64,000 nt of DNA from Candidatus Multivoradales bacterium (lineage in GTDB: Bacteria; Acidobacteriota; Thermoanaerobaculia; Multivoradales; J023). Positions 9,289 to 18,932 of this stretch are shown piece after piece. Under the pieces are notes generated by a model, which was not told the origin of the DNA, did no database searches, and saw only the letters and a program-made list of their open reading frames with translations. The first letter of the stretch is position 1; the number at the start of each line of letters is the position of its first letter. Location of the stretch: NCBI GenBank assembly GCA_965248925.1, contig CBDFLE010000006.1:4480001-4544000 (forward strand), read 5' to 3'. Both the position numbers and the translations under genes were made by a program.

Positions 9289-9576
9289 ATGAGTAGCAGG
9301 ATTGGACAAAACACGCCGACCGTGGCTGCCAAACCGCTCGAACTTGAACCGCAGGTTGCCAGGACCCGAGGCCTGAGGGTCGATCGCAGCGATGTCGCCA
9401 AGAAGCCGTACAAGGGCGATCCGATGAACAATCCGGATCTGGACGCCAGCTCGCGCGCTCTGTTGCAGGCTCAGCAGGCGATGTTCCGCAAGAACCAGGC
9501 GGTCACCATGGCCTCTAACCGGCAGAAGTCCGAGCATGATACCCGCAAGGCGGTGATCAACAACATGCGGGTCTAA
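9289..9576 (+). CDS. SctF-like needle/filament subunit 1
   Basis: AGGAGG RBS; 95 aa; C-terminus SNRQKSEHDTRKAVINNMRV matches the needle-protein SN..K...D....I..N pattern. Confidence 0.65.
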   Translation: MSSRIGQNTPTVAAKPLELEPQVARTRGLRVDRSDVAKKPYKGDPMNNPDLDASSRALLQAQQAMFRKNQAVTMASNRQKSEHDTRKAVINNMRV

Positions 9577-9603
9577 GCCCCGCGTTCGACCCACTGGGGT
9601 GGC

Positions 9604-9636
9604 GGTGGCGGGTGCCGCAGAGCACCGGCCACCTTT
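9604..9636 (+). terminator. Weak terminator or stabiliser hairpin between the two needle-like genes
   Basis: GGTGGCGGGTGC-cgcaga-GCACCGGCCACC (11/12 paired) followed by TTT. Confidence 0.5.
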
Positions 9637-9680
9637 CACCGGCCACTTGTCACTGGTCATTTTTCATCGAGGAGACACTT

Positions 9681-9959
9681 ATGGCCGTTCCCTACGTCGC
9701 CGGGGTCGTCGCCGGAAAATTGCTCGACCACATTTTCGCCAAACGGCGGGAAAAGAAAGGTATTACCGCGGGCGGAAGCTCTTTCGGCGAGACCTTGGGC
9801 GCCCTTTCAGGTTCCGATTCGACAGGCCAGATGGACCAGCTGCTAGCGCAGCAGCGAGAGATGTACGCCAAGAACATGCACTACACGATGCATAGCAACA
9901 TGGAGAAAGCGCGCTTCGATCTGTCGAAGAGCATTCTTCAGAATCTGCGGACCGGCTGA
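9681..9959 (+). CDS. SctF-like needle/filament subunit 2
   Basis: GAGGAG RBS; 92 aa; C-terminus SNMEKARFDLSKSILQNLR. Confidence 0.6.
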   Translation: MAVPYVAGVVAGKLLDHIFAKRREKKGITAGGSSFGETLGALSGSDSTGQMDQLLAQQREMYAKNMHYTMHSNMEKARFDLSKSILQNLRTG

Positions 9960-10032
9960 ACGCTTACTAGGCGCGCCGTCGTCCGACGATCGGGTACACA
10001 CAACACGACTTTCAACTCTGAGGATACCCACG

Positions 10033-10431
10033 TTGAGCACGCACGATCTTCGTTCCGAGCTTCCCTCCCTCTTCGTAGAGTTGTCGCTGGCGCTAACCAC
10101 CGCCGATCTGCCGCGGCGCGCTGACGACCTGATCGAGTCGCTACGAATCCTCTGGCCAGATCGCCAGATCACCCACTTCGTCAGTGGCATCGTCCATGCC
10201 AAGGCCCAGCGTTTCGAAGAAGCGGAAGGTCACTACCGAGCGGCGCTGGCCGAGGAGCCGGAGAATCCGGGTATCCAGGCGATGCTGGCTGAGGTGCTGA
10301 TGGGTCTCGATCATTGGCAGGAGGCCAAGCAGCTGATCCTCGCCGTGCTCGACAATGACCAGGCCGGCCCGGCCCGGGTCTTTGCTGAAGAGCTTCGCGG
10401 CCAGCTGGCTGGCGTCGCGGCCACCGGCTAG
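10033..10431 (+). CDS. TPR protein (YscG/HrpB1-like position)
   Basis: TPR pattern GIVHAKAQRFEEAEGHYRAALAEEPENP; lies between the needle and rod genes. Confidence 0.65.
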   Translation: MSTHDLRSELPSLFVELSLALTTADLPRRADDLIESLRILWPDRQITHFVSGIVHAKAQRFEEAEGHYRAALAEEPENPGIQAMLAEVLMGLDHWQEAKQLILAVLDNDQAGPARVFAEELRGQLAGVAATG

Positions 10432-10540
10432 AGAGTAGTAAAGCGACTGACGGGAGGGCTTTCACCACGCCCTTTCTATCGGCCTAGGCGGCGGCGCCCT
10501 GCGCGCCATCGCCGTGGCCACCACATCAAGGAGATCAGCG

Positions 10541-11014
10541 ATGTCGCTAGGTGCCGTTTCCCTGGGCAACCAGGAAGTGCTGCAACAAGCCCAGCGGGCG
10601 GTCGACAGCACCCCCAAACAGCTGCAGGACTTCAGCGAAGTGCTGAACCAGCTCGATAGCGCCGGCCAGGATGGCGCCGGTTCTGCTGCTGGAAACACAA
10701 TTCAAAACGATTTGCCAGCGCTCGACATTAACCAGGTCGAGCTGCCGGACGATCTCGATGGGATCTACTCCGACAAACTCGAGCAGGTCGCCCAACCCGG
10801 CGGTGCCGAACGTTTGTTGGCCGAAGCGCAAGACAAGTATTCGCGCCTCGACCAGATGATCGCCGAACTTGGCAGCGGCCGCAGCTACAGCCCGGAAGAG
10901 CTGGTTGGCATGCAGACCGAAGTGCATCGCATCACTTTTGAACTCGAAGCCACCACCAAAGTCATGGGGCAAGTGGTTTCCGGGATCAAGAACCTGATGC
11001 AGCAGCAGATCTAG
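10541..11014 (+). CDS. sctI: SctI-like inner rod protein
   Basis: C-terminus SPEELVGMQ...ELEATTKVMGQVVSGIKNLMQQQ; directly upstream of sctJ; AAGGAG RBS. Confidence 0.7.
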   Translation: MSLGAVSLGNQEVLQQAQRAVDSTPKQLQDFSEVLNQLDSAGQDGAGSAAGNTIQNDLPALDINQVELPDDLDGIYSDKLEQVAQPGGAERLLAEAQDKYSRLDQMIAELGSGRSYSPEELVGMQTEVHRITFELEATTKVMGQVVSGIKNLMQQQI

Positions 11015-11025
11015 GAGATCGGCTA

Positions 11026-11865
11026 GTGATACGCAGATTCCAAGCCCTTATTTTGGCCCTGGCTCTGGTGCTGCTGCTGGGTTGCAACACCGACCTGCTG
11101 CACCAGCTCGAAGAGGTCGAAGCCAACCACATCATCACCCAGCTGCAGCAGCACGGCATCAGTGCTGAGAAAAAGGTCGAAGATGCCGAGGCCAACACCT
11201 GGACGGTGCGGGTATCGGGTCGCTCCGCCGCTCGGGCGCAGGCGATTCTTGACGAGTACAAGCTGCCCAAGCAGCGCGAGCCACGGGTGCGTGATTTGTT
11301 CTCGGCCCAGGGCTTGGTGCGCACCCCGACCCAGGAAGGCATCCTGGCGCAGGCGGCGCTCGAAGGTGAGCTGGCCTACACCCTGGAGGGCATCGAGGGC
11401 ATTATCGACGCCCGCGTCCATTTGGTGATGCCGCGCACCGATCTCACCGGCCGGCGGATCAGCCAGGCCAAGGCCTCGGTATTCGTCGAGTACCAGCCTT
11501 CGGCTCAGGGAGTGGTGCCGGTGCAGGATGGCGAGATTCAGAAGATGGTGGCGCACGCGGTCGAGGATCTGGTGCCGGCCAATGTCGCCGTAGTGCAGAA
11601 ACCGGCCTCGATCGCCAGCCCGGCGACCCCCGCCGGCGGTGGCCCGGAGTTGGTCAGCCTGGGGGGCCTGGTGGTCGCTTCAGATACCCTGCCAGCGCTG
11701 CGCATCGCGGCGGTCACCGTCGCTGGCCTGGTGGTGGTCCTCGGCCTGCTCTTGTTTCTGCTCAGCCGCCGCCTGAGCCGGTTGCGGGCTGAGTTGCGCG
11801 GGGCGCAGCAAATCCAAAACGTCCCCTCGGCGCGGGCCGAAGGTGAAACGGCGAAGGCCAGCTGA
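11026..11865 (+). CDS. sctJ: T3SS inner-membrane ring lipoprotein SctJ
   Basis: Lipobox LLGC; L.E.EAN.I...L...GI; IEGIIDARVHLV; AKASVF; C-terminal TM helix. Confidence 0.93.
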   Translation: MIRRFQALILALALVLLLGCNTDLLHQLEEVEANHIITQLQQHGISAEKKVEDAEANTWTVRVSGRSAARAQAILDEYKLPKQREPRVRDLFSAQGLVRTPTQEGILAQAALEGELAYTLEGIEGIIDARVHLVMPRTDLTGRRISQAKASVFVEYQPSAQGVVPVQDGEIQKMVAHAVEDLVPANVAVVQKPASIASPATPAGGGPELVSLGGLVVASDTLPALRIAAVTVAGLVVVLGLLLFLLSRRLSRLRAELRGAQQIQNVPSARAEGETAKAS

Positions 11866-11867
11866 AA

Positions 11868-12803
11868 ATGGCGCCGGAGGCATCATGGCAGAGTTTCTTT
11901 TCTCTCGCCCTGAGTAGCTGGCGGGAGCGTGAGGGGGAAAGCCGTGCCGAACTTCCCGAGTGGTTGCCTGGCGGGCTGATCGAGCGCCTCGGCAAGAGCC
12001 CGATCGAGTGCCGGAGTGAACTCCTCGAATTGCTGCGCCAGCGCAGTGTGGCCGGTACTCTAGAGCTTGTCCACCCGACTTGGGTGGTCCTACATTTGCC
12101 TACCGACGCACTGCTTTGCCGCTGGGCGGTGATGAGCCTGCCCGCCGCTTTGCGCCTTCCCACCGCGCTGCTGGTCAGCAGGCGAGTAGGCGACTTCGAG
12201 CCCGGTAGCCCGCCACCGTGGTTTGCTGGGTGGTGGCGTCGCCGGCTCGCTCAGCGCCTGGACTATCCGGCACCGATGCCATGGACCCATGCTCCTGACC
12301 TGCCCATCTCTTGGCTTTGGCGGTTGCCGGTGGAGCCGCTGCAAGAGGTGCTCTTGCGCTATGGTCTGCGACCCTTGGCGGCGGTCTTCGCCAAGCTTGA
12401 TGCCAGGGATGCGGCGCGCTTGGCCTACACCGTTGCGCCGCCACTGCGGGATCGGTTGGTGGGCTTGGTGCGGGGTCGCGAACATCCCGACACAGAGCCG
12501 TGGTTCGCGGTCTATCAACGCTGGGTTGAGGTCTCGGGCGAGCCGGCCGAACTGCCGCTGCGAATGGCCTTACTGCGACTCGCCAGCAGCTCTTCGCTGC
12601 GCCGTCAACCGGCCGATTTTCGCCGCCTGGCTTACCGCTTGCCGACCAAATTTGGCCAGCTGCTGTTCGACGATCCCCCTGCCGGCCTGCCCTCTAGCGG
12701 CGCCGGTGCCGAACTCGGCCAGTTGGTTGGCGACCTGGTCGCGGCGGGGGAGTTGGAGATTCCGGGTCAGCTGTCAGGATCTGCTGCTGAGACTCTGCAA
12801 TGA
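11868..12803 (+). CDS. Putative SctK-like sorting-platform protein
   Basis: Position between sctJ and sctL; VHPTW motif. Confidence 0.5.
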   Translation: MAPEASWQSFFSLALSSWREREGESRAELPEWLPGGLIERLGKSPIECRSELLELLRQRSVAGTLELVHPTWVVLHLPTDALLCRWAVMSLPAALRLPTALLVSRRVGDFEPGSPPPWFAGWWRRRLAQRLDYPAPMPWTHAPDLPISWLWRLPVEPLQEVLLRYGLRPLAAVFAKLDARDAARLAYTVAPPLRDRLVGLVRGREHPDTEPWFAVYQRWVEVSGEPAELPLRMALLRLASSSSLRRQPADFRRLAYRLPTKFGQLLFDDPPAGLPSSGAGAELGQLVGDLVAAGELEIPGQLSGSAAETLQ

Positions 12804-13429
12804 ACACCAAGATCATCAAGTCGAGTCCGCCGGCCGAGGCGACGAATCCGCACGGCAAAATAATCGAGCGCGAGGTCTTGCTGGCGCACGAGGAAGCCCG
12901 ACGGGTGTTGGTGGAAGCCGAAGTGCAGGCCGCCGCGGTGGTCGAGTCGGCGCGCCAGCAGGCGGCGGCGGTGTTGCGGCGGGCCGAGCGTGAGGGGCAG
13001 GAACGCTCGCTGGCCGATTGGCAGCAGCGTTTGGCGCGGCTCGCCGAGGCGCGTCAGCAAGTGCTTGCCGCTGCTCGGCCACAGATCCTGCGATTGGCGG
13101 TGCGAGTGGCGGAGAAGATCCTCCGCCGTCGCTTGCAAGAGGATCCGGCGGCCTTTGATCCGCTGGTCGAAGAGACTCTGGAGACCGTTCGCGCCCAGCC
13201 CGGACAGCAGATCGTGCTGCGTGCCCATGCCGAGGACCGGGCGCGGCTGGAAGACCTCCGCCGCCGCTTGATCGAGCGCCATCCGGGGTGGAGCAGCCTT
13301 CAGGTTCAGGTCGATCCGGCGATGGCTGTCGGAGGCTGTCGGGTGGAGACGGAGTACGGCACCGTCGACGCTGGCTTGTCGACCCAACTGCGGGCGATCG
13401 AGAAGATTTTGCTGGAAGGCCAAGGATGA
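12800..13429 (+). CDS. sctL: T3SS stator SctL (YscL/FliH)
   Basis: A...A...G helical N-terminus; [20 protein letters not shown]. Confidence 0.9.
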   Translation: MNTKIIKSSPPAEATNPHGKIIEREVLLAHEEARRVLVEAEVQAAAVVESARQQAAAVLRRAEREGQERSLADWQQRLARLAEARQQVLAAARPQILRLAVRVAEKILRRRLQEDPAAFDPLVEETLETVRAQPGQQIVLRAHAEDRARLEDLRRRLIERHPGWSSLQVQVDPAMAVGGCRVETEYGTVDAGLSTQLRAIEKILLEGQG

Positions 13430-14778
13430 GCAGCGCCGAGCGCGATCTCGATCTTGATCTCAATCTCGATCTTGAAGGAACTTTCGCCCGCCTGGAGCGA
13501 GCGACCACGGTGGAGATCCGCGGCCGGGTCACCGAAGTGACCGGTCTGGTGATCAAGGCTCGGGTGCCGGGAGTGCGCATCGGCGAACTCTGCTATCTGC
13601 GGACGCCGCTGCGCGAACAGACAGTGCAGGCCGAAGTGGTGGGTTTCCGTGCTCAGGAGGTCTTCCTGATGGCCTTGGGCGAGCTCGAAGGCATCGGCCC
13701 TGACTCCGAAGTGCTGCCGACTGGCGAGGTGATGAGCGTGCCGGTGGGTCCAGGGTGTTTGGGCCGGGTGCTCAACGGCCTGGGCGAGCCGATCGACGGC
13801 AAGGGGCCGCTCGAAGCCGGCTCTGCTCCCTACCCGGTCTATGCGCCGCCGCCCAATCCGATGAAGCGGCGGCGGGTGGTCGATTCCTTTGGCATGGGCA
13901 TCCGCTCGATCGACTCTTGCCTGGCGGTGGGTGAGGGGCAGCGGGTCGGCGTTTTCGCCGCCGCTGGCGGTGGTAAGTCCACTCTGTTGGCGATGCTGGC
14001 GCGCAACACGGTAGCCGACGTCAACGTCATCGCGCTGATTGGCGAACGTGGCCGCGAGGTGCTCGACTTCATCGAGGAAAGCCTTGGCGAAGAAGGCATG
14101 GCGCGTTCGGTGCTGGTGGTGGCGACCTCTGACCAACCCTCCTTGGTGCGTCTCAAATCTGCCTACGTGGCGACTTCGATTGCTGAGTATTTTCGCGACC
14201 AGGGGCAGAAAACCCTGTTCATGATGGACTCGGTCACCCGTTTTGCCCGCTCCCAGCGAGAGGTTGGTTTGGCCATTGGCGAGCCGCCGGCACGGGCTGG
14301 TTTTCCCCCTTCGGTCTTCGCCGTTCTGCCGCGGTTACTCGAGCGCACCGGCAATTCTGAGCATGGTTCGATCACCGCCATCTACACCGTCTTGGTGGAG
14401 GGGGATGACATGACCGAGCCGATCGCTGACGAGGTGCGTTCGATCCTCGATGGCCACATCATTCTCAGCCGTGAGCTCGCCGCTCGTAACCACTATCCGG
14501 CGATCGACATTCTCAAGAGCACCAGCCGGGTGATGAACTCGGTGGTGGCGCCAGAGCATGTGGCGGCCGCCGGCCAGCTGCGCGAGCTCCTCGCCGCTTA
14601 CGAGAAGAACCGCGACCTGATCTTGATCGGTGCGTACCAGAAGGGCAGCGATGCCAAAGTTGATCGGGCGATCGAGATGATGCCCAAGATCGAGTCTTTT
14701 CTGCGTCAAGGCACCCACGACAAGCAGTCCTTCGAAGACACCGCCGAGCAGCTCTCCAGCTTGCTGAGGGAGAACTGA
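13426..14778 (+). CDS. sctN: T3SS ATPase SctN
   Basis: Walker [10 protein letters not shown]; LIGERGREV; [10 protein letters not shown]; [15 protein letters not shown]. Confidence 0.96.
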   Translation: MSSAERDLDLDLNLDLEGTFARLERATTVEIRGRVTEVTGLVIKARVPGVRIGELCYLRTPLREQTVQAEVVGFRAQEVFLMALGELEGIGPDSEVLPTGEVMSVPVGPGCLGRVLNGLGEPIDGKGPLEAGSAPYPVYAPPPNPMKRRRVVDSFGMGIRSIDSCLAVGEGQRVGVFAAAGGGKSTLLAMLARNTVADVNVIALIGERGREVLDFIEESLGEEGMARSVLVVATSDQPSLVRLKSAYVATSIAEYFRDQGQKTLFMMDSVTRFARSQREVGLAIGEPPARAGFPPSVFAVLPRLLERTGNSEHGSITAIYTVLVEGDDMTEPIADEVRSILDGHIILSRELAARNHYPAIDILKSTSRVMNSVVAPEHVAAAGQLRELLAAYEKNRDLILIGAYQKGSDAKVDRAIEMMPKIESFLRQGTHDKQSFEDTAEQLSSLLREN

Positions 14779-14779
14779 G

Positions 14780-15271
14780 ATGGCTGCAGCCTATCCCCTG
14801 CAAGCCGTGCTCGAGCTGCGGCGGCGACAACGTGACACCGCCCGCCAGGCCCTCGCCGAGCGCATCGAGGACGAGCACCGCGCCAACCTCGAGCAGACGC
14901 GGCTGCTGCGTCGTGGCGAAAAGTTGGCCGAGGAGGTTCTGCGCGCCAGCTCGCGGCTCTACGAACCGGCCGACGACGGCACTCTAGAAGTGGCCGGCGC
15001 CCTTGATCGCCGCGCTGATTTCGAGCATTGGCAGCAAGAAGTTGCCGAGCAACAGCAGCGGATGGAGCGCCAGCGGCAGGCTATTGCCCAAGCTGCCGCG
15101 GCGATTGATGCCGCGCGCGAAGAGCTACTCGAAGCAACCCGAACTCTCGAGGCTATCGACAAGCACTTCAGCCGCTGGCTGGACAAGATCGCCCGCCAAG
15201 CTCGTCGCCGCGAAGAGCGCCTCGCTGAGGAGATCAACACCAGCCGTTTCGTCAGCGGCCAAAGTGGCTAG
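14780..15271 (+). CDS. sctO: T3SS stalk SctO (YscO/FliJ)
   Basis: YPLQAVLELR start; coiled coil; directly after sctN. Confidence 0.8.
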   Translation: MAAAYPLQAVLELRRRQRDTARQALAERIEDEHRANLEQTRLLRRGEKLAEEVLRASSRLYEPADDGTLEVAGALDRRADFEHWQQEVAEQQQRMERQRQAIAQAAAAIDAAREELLEATRTLEAIDKHFSRWLDKIARQARRREERLAEEINTSRFVSGQSG

Positions 15272-15283
15272 GAGGATTTGCCG

Positions 15284-15904
15284 ATGAGTATCCAACGTCT
15301 TTCCGGATCCCCCGCCTCCGCGGCAAAAACCGCGAAACCCCCTCGCGGTAACTCTGCGCGCCAACAGGCACCCCGCTTTGCGGATGCTCTGGCCAAAGGC
15401 AAGAAGAACTCTCGCCGCGAGCTCTCCACGGAACAGCGGCTGATGGCCAAGGCAGAGCAGCAGCGGCGCGACAACCCAGAAGCCGAGCCGCCCACTGTCC
15501 CTGGCGACCCGTCGTTGCAGCTCGCTGCCGGCTCGGTGCTGGAAGTGGCCGCCAGAGTGGCGCCGAGCGAGGGTGCAGGCACGGCGGCGGCTAGTGGCTT
15601 GGCGGGTAGCGACCAACGAATCCTCGATCAGATGGTCGCGCAGGTGATCAGCGCCGCTCGCACTCTTGATGGCGGCCGTGGCCAACACCTCCAGATTTCA
15701 CTCAACCTGGGTGCCCTGGGGCAGGCTGAGGTCGAACTGCGCAAGGATGCCAACGGCGCCATCGATTTACTCTTCCGCGCTGAGGATGCAGCTGCCGAGG
15801 GAGAACTGGGTCGTGGTCTGAGTGAGCTGCGCCGACGATTGCTGAGCCGCGGCCTGCGTCCTGGCCGTCTCGAAGTACGCCGTGATTCGGAGCAGCGTCG
15901 ATGA
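15284..15904 (+). CDS. SctP/FliK-like length-control protein
   Basis: Disordered N-terminus; C-terminal T3S4-like LQISLN...LGQAEVEL...L..L...L..RG; GGAGG RBS. Confidence 0.65.
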   Translation: MSIQRLSGSPASAAKTAKPPRGNSARQQAPRFADALAKGKKNSRRELSTEQRLMAKAEQQRRDNPEAEPPTVPGDPSLQLAAGSVLEVAARVAPSEGAGTAAASGLAGSDQRILDQMVAQVISAARTLDGGRGQHLQISLNLGALGQAEVELRKDANGAIDLLFRAEDAAAEGELGRGLSELRRRLLSRGLRPGRLEVRRDSEQRR

Positions 15905-17490
15905 CCCCGGCTACCAGCTCTGGCTACCTGCCGCCGGGCAGCGCTCGCGGGCTGCCGTGGGGATTGGAGCTGCCGTGCCGAGGAGGCGAGCAGGTCGCCG
16001 CAAGTGCTGCTCGGGGTCGTATCCGCAGTCTGATCGAAGGGCCGCTAAAACCTTTGGTGGCGGGGGTCGCCGAGGCTCTCGACCTATGGTGGCCGGTGCG
16101 TACCAAAGTGGCCACTGCCGCCGAGTTGGTGGTCGCTGGACCCGACTGTGGCCCGCAGGTGGTGACTTTGCAAGATCCGGTCAGCCGCATTGGCCGTTCG
16201 GCGGCTTGCCAGCTGCGCCTTGACGGGGCGGGGATCGACGCCGAGCACTGTGAGCTGCGGCTTGACGGCGGCCGTCTGTCGCTGCTCGACCTGGGCAGCA
16301 TTAGCGGCACGGTGGTCAATGGCTATCGCTTGCGCCCCTTCGAACCGAGGAGTCTCGAAGCTGGTGACGAGATCTTGCTGGCGCCTTTTTCAATCGTCGT
16401 CGGCGCCTGTGGGCTCGACCCGCGGCAGCAGCCAGCGCGGCTCAGCCTACGCCAGCCGCTGTGGCTCGAGGCCGAGGATCCCTTCACCCGGCTTGGCGCC
16501 GCCACTGATCTTTGGGTGCGGCTGCGGGTTGGCGGTTGGGAGGGCTTCCTCCGCCTGCCCGGTCGGTGGACCGAGCAGGCCTATCAAAGTCTCGATCTGC
16601 AGCTGCCGCCGGGCCGATTTGGCGACGATGAGCTGGATCGGGCGATCGCTTCTTTCTTGCTCGAGAGGGTTGCCGATGCCATCGCGCGCCAGGGTGATCA
16701 GCCGATTTCGCTGGGACAGGTGCTGCCCGCCGAGCTGCTGTGGCAGCGGCAGGGAGCGCTGAGTGCTACCTGGGAAGGGGCGATTTTCGATCTCGAACTG
16801 GCTGGCCGTACCGCGGAATGCGCGGTGATTTGGGCCGCGGAGCAGGCCGAGAACCGGCCTCTGGTCGAGCCGCGATGGTTGGCCGAGTTGCCCTTCACCG
16901 TGTCGGTAGTAGCCGGCAGCCTCGGCCTAGCCATCGACAGCCTGGCCGAGGTCGAGCGCGGCGACATCGTCTTGCCCGATTGCTGGCTGGCGGGCGGCTG
17001 GGTCGCCAGCGAGGCTGAACCGTCCGCGGAGGCGGCTGATCCGATCTCGCTAAAGCTGGGTCGGGTGAGGGCGGTCGTGCAATCTCTCAGCCGATCGGCG
17101 GAACTCGAAGTGTCGCCGGAGAACACCGGGGATTACCATCTGCGCTGGACCGATTCTTGGATCCAGGCAACGAAAGGAGACCCGATGGCGACAGAACGTG
17201 AGGATGAGAGCAACGAGCCGCAAGCGGAAGCCTCTCCTGAGGCACCGATTCAGATACCTAAAGAACTCGAAGTGACGGTTTCCTTCGAGCTCGATCGGTT
17301 ACGGGTGACTCTGGAAGAGCTGAGTTCCTGGTCGCCCGGAGGCACCGTGGAGCTGCAACGAAAACCCTCCGACCCGGTGCGCATCTTGCTGCACCAGGGC
17401 GCTTCGACGCGGGTCATTGGCTCTGGCGCGGTGCTGGTGGTCGATGGCCGCCTCGGGGTTCAGATCGACGATTGGCAAGTGGAGAGCTGA
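15901..17490 (+). CDS. sctQ: FHA-domain / SctQ (FliM/FliN SPOA) fusion
   Basis: FHA RIGRS...H...LLDLGS..GT.VNG; C-terminal SPOA EVTVSFELDR...L.EL.....G...IG.G...VDGRLGVQI. Confidence 0.85.
   Translation: MTPATSSGYLPPGSARGLPWGLELPCRGGEQVAASAARGRIRSLIEGPLKPLVAGVAEALDLWWPVRTKVATAAELVVAGPDCGPQVVTLQDPVSRIGRSAACQLRLDGAGIDAEHCELRLDGGRLSLLDLGSISGTVVNGYRLRPFEPRSLEAGDEILLAPFSIVVGACGLDPRQQPARLSLRQPLWLEAEDPFTRLGAATDLWVRLRVGGWEGFLRLPGRWTEQAYQSLDLQLPPGRFGDDELDRAIASFLLERVADAIARQGDQPISLGQVLPAELLWQRQGALSATWEGAIFDLELAGRTAECAVIWAAEQAENRPLVEPRWLAELPFTVSVVAGSLGLAIDSLAEVERGDIVLPDCWLAGGWVASEAEPSAEAADPISLKLGRVRAVVQSLSRSAELEVSPENTGDYHLRWTDSWIQATKGDPMATEREDESNEPQAEASPEAPIQIPKELEVTVSFELDRLRVTLEELSSWSPGGTVELQRKPSDPVRILLHQGASTRVIGSGAVLVVDGRLGVQIDDWQVES
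17185..17490 (+). CDS. Predicted internally initiated SctQ C-terminal product
   Basis: AAAGGAG at 17173-17179 before an in-frame ATG at 17185, just ahead of the last SPOA domain. Confidence 0.65.
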   Translation: MATEREDESNEPQAEASPEAPIQIPKELEVTVSFELDRLRVTLEELSSWSPGGTVELQRKPSDPVRILLHQGASTRVIGSGAVLVVDGRLGVQIDDWQVES

Positions 17491-17492
17491 GC

Positions 17493-17842
17493 GTGGACAC
17501 TTCTCTTTGGCCCTCTTTGCTCAATGTCGGTGGGGCACTGGTGGTGGTAGTGCTGCTGGCGGTGGTGCTGCTGCGCTTTGCCGCACCCTGGTTGCGACGC
17601 TTGCAGACACCGGAGGCTCGCAGATTTCAGTATTGGAGGTCAAAGCCCTCGATCGCCAGCACCGGGTGGCCCTGCTGCGGGTACGAGAAGAAGATTTTCT
17701 GGTCGCCTTGGGCGCTGGTAGCCCGTGCTTGCTGCGCTGCTGGCCGGCGGGCGACCGTGACCCCAAAGAGCCGGAGGCGCTGGCTTCCGGCACCGCCGAG
17801 ACCAGCCGCAGCGCAACCAGCCGTAGAGAATCCAGCGACTAG
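17493..17842 (+). CDS. fliO: FliO-like protein (one-base frameshift near 17610, probable sequencing error)
   Basis: GTG start and TM helix in one frame; ISVLEVKALDRQHRVALLRVREEDFLVALG (FliO-type) in the -1 frame. Confidence 0.7.
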
Positions 17843-17855
17843 GAGTTTCTCGCCG

Positions 17856-18605
17856 ATGCCTCAGCTAATTCCTCTTTTCGCCATTGCCGGTACAACCGCC
17901 GCCAGTACCGTGCCCAATGCTGCGGCGAGCTTGGGGGCCAATCCTCTCTCCCTGATGCTGTTGCTGGCCCTGCTGTCGATGTTGCCCTTCGTGCTGATGA
18001 TGTCAACCTCCTTCCTGAAATTCGCCGTGGTGCTGTCTCTGCTGCGCCAGGCGCTGGGCACTCAGCAGGTGCCGCCGACGCCGGTGATCATGGGCCTTTC
18101 GATGATCTTGACGGTCTATGTGATGTCGCCGGTGCTGGGTGAGGTCTATGCCGAGTTGGAGCCGCAAATTGTGGCCACTGACTCCACCGAGATGCTGTCG
18201 GGAAAGGGAGCTGAGACTGTGTTGGGGGCGCTCAAGCGGGCGGCGCCTGCACTCAAAGGTTTCCTGGTCAAGCATGCTCATGGTCGCGAAGTGGAAGCGT
18301 TTCATGCTTGGTCGAACATGCTGCGCAGCGGGGCCACCGGGGTCGAACCACTGGCTCGCGACAGCTTGTTGGTGCTTATTCCGGCCTTCGCTGTCTCTGA
18401 ACTCAACGAGGCCTTCACCATCGGTTTCTTGCTCTTCTTGCCCTTCTTGATCATCGACATGGTGGTGTCGAACATCTTGCTGGCGATGGGCATGCACATG
18501 CTCTCGCCGGTGGTGGTGTCGCTGCCCTTCAAGCTGTTGCTGTTCATCATGATCGATGGTTGGGCCCTGCTTACCCGAGGGTTGTTACAGCCATACTTTG
18601 TCTGA
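17856..18605 (+). CDS. sctR: Export gate SctR (FliP family)
   Basis: TSFLKFAVVLSLLRQALGTQQVPP; PAFAVSELNEAFTIGF; SLPFKLLLFIMIDGW; AGGAG RBS. Confidence 0.95.
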   Translation: MPQLIPLFAIAGTTAASTVPNAAASLGANPLSLMLLLALLSMLPFVLMMSTSFLKFAVVLSLLRQALGTQQVPPTPVIMGLSMILTVYVMSPVLGEVYAELEPQIVATDSTEMLSGKGAETVLGALKRAAPALKGFLVKHAHGREVEAFHAWSNMLRSGATGVEPLARDSLLVLIPAFAVSELNEAFTIGFLLFLPFLIIDMVVSNILLAMGMHMLSPVVVSLPFKLLLFIMIDGWALLTRGLLQPYFV

Positions 18606-18656
18606 ACCGCGTCGAGCCGGCGGACCATCGAGTCGCCACGGCTGGGAGTCCACTTC

Positions 18657-18923
18657 ATGGAAAGCCACATCATAGATCTCCTACAGCGCGCCATCCTGGT
18701 GACCGTGATGGTCTCAGGGCCACCGATCGCTGCCGCCATGGTGGTGGGTCTGGGGCTGGCCCTGGTGCAAGCCTTAACCCAGGTGCAGGAGCAGACCCTG
18801 CAGATGGCGTTCAAGATCATCGCCGTCTTTGGAACCCTGTCGGTGCTGGGCTATTGGATGGCCAATCAAGTGCACGCTTTCGCCCGTCTGGTGTTCGAGA
18901 ACTTCGGTACTTGGGTGGGTTGA
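18657..18923 (+). CDS. sctS: Export gate SctS (FliQ family)
   Basis: QALTQVQEQTL; 88 aa hydrophobic. Confidence 0.95.
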   Translation: MESHIIDLLQRAILVTVMVSGPPIAAAMVVGLGLALVQALTQVQEQTLQMAFKIIAVFGTLSVLGYWMANQVHAFARLVFENFGTWVG

Positions 18924-18932
18924 GGGGGCGCT

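Noticed and set aside
13444-13473. [10 protein letters not shown] hexamer repeat at the SctN N-terminus, and 12-bp repeats at ~20952-20978
   Set aside because: Short low-complexity slippage with no supportable function.
15284-15904. Short SctP implying a short, periplasm-limited needle
   Set aside because: Ruler length is not comparable across T3SS families.
17472-18605. Apparent FliO-SctR fusion ORF of 377 aa
   Set aside because: Caused by a single missing base near 17610. The FliO C-terminus is in the -1 frame and sctR has its own AGGAG RBS and ATG at 17856.
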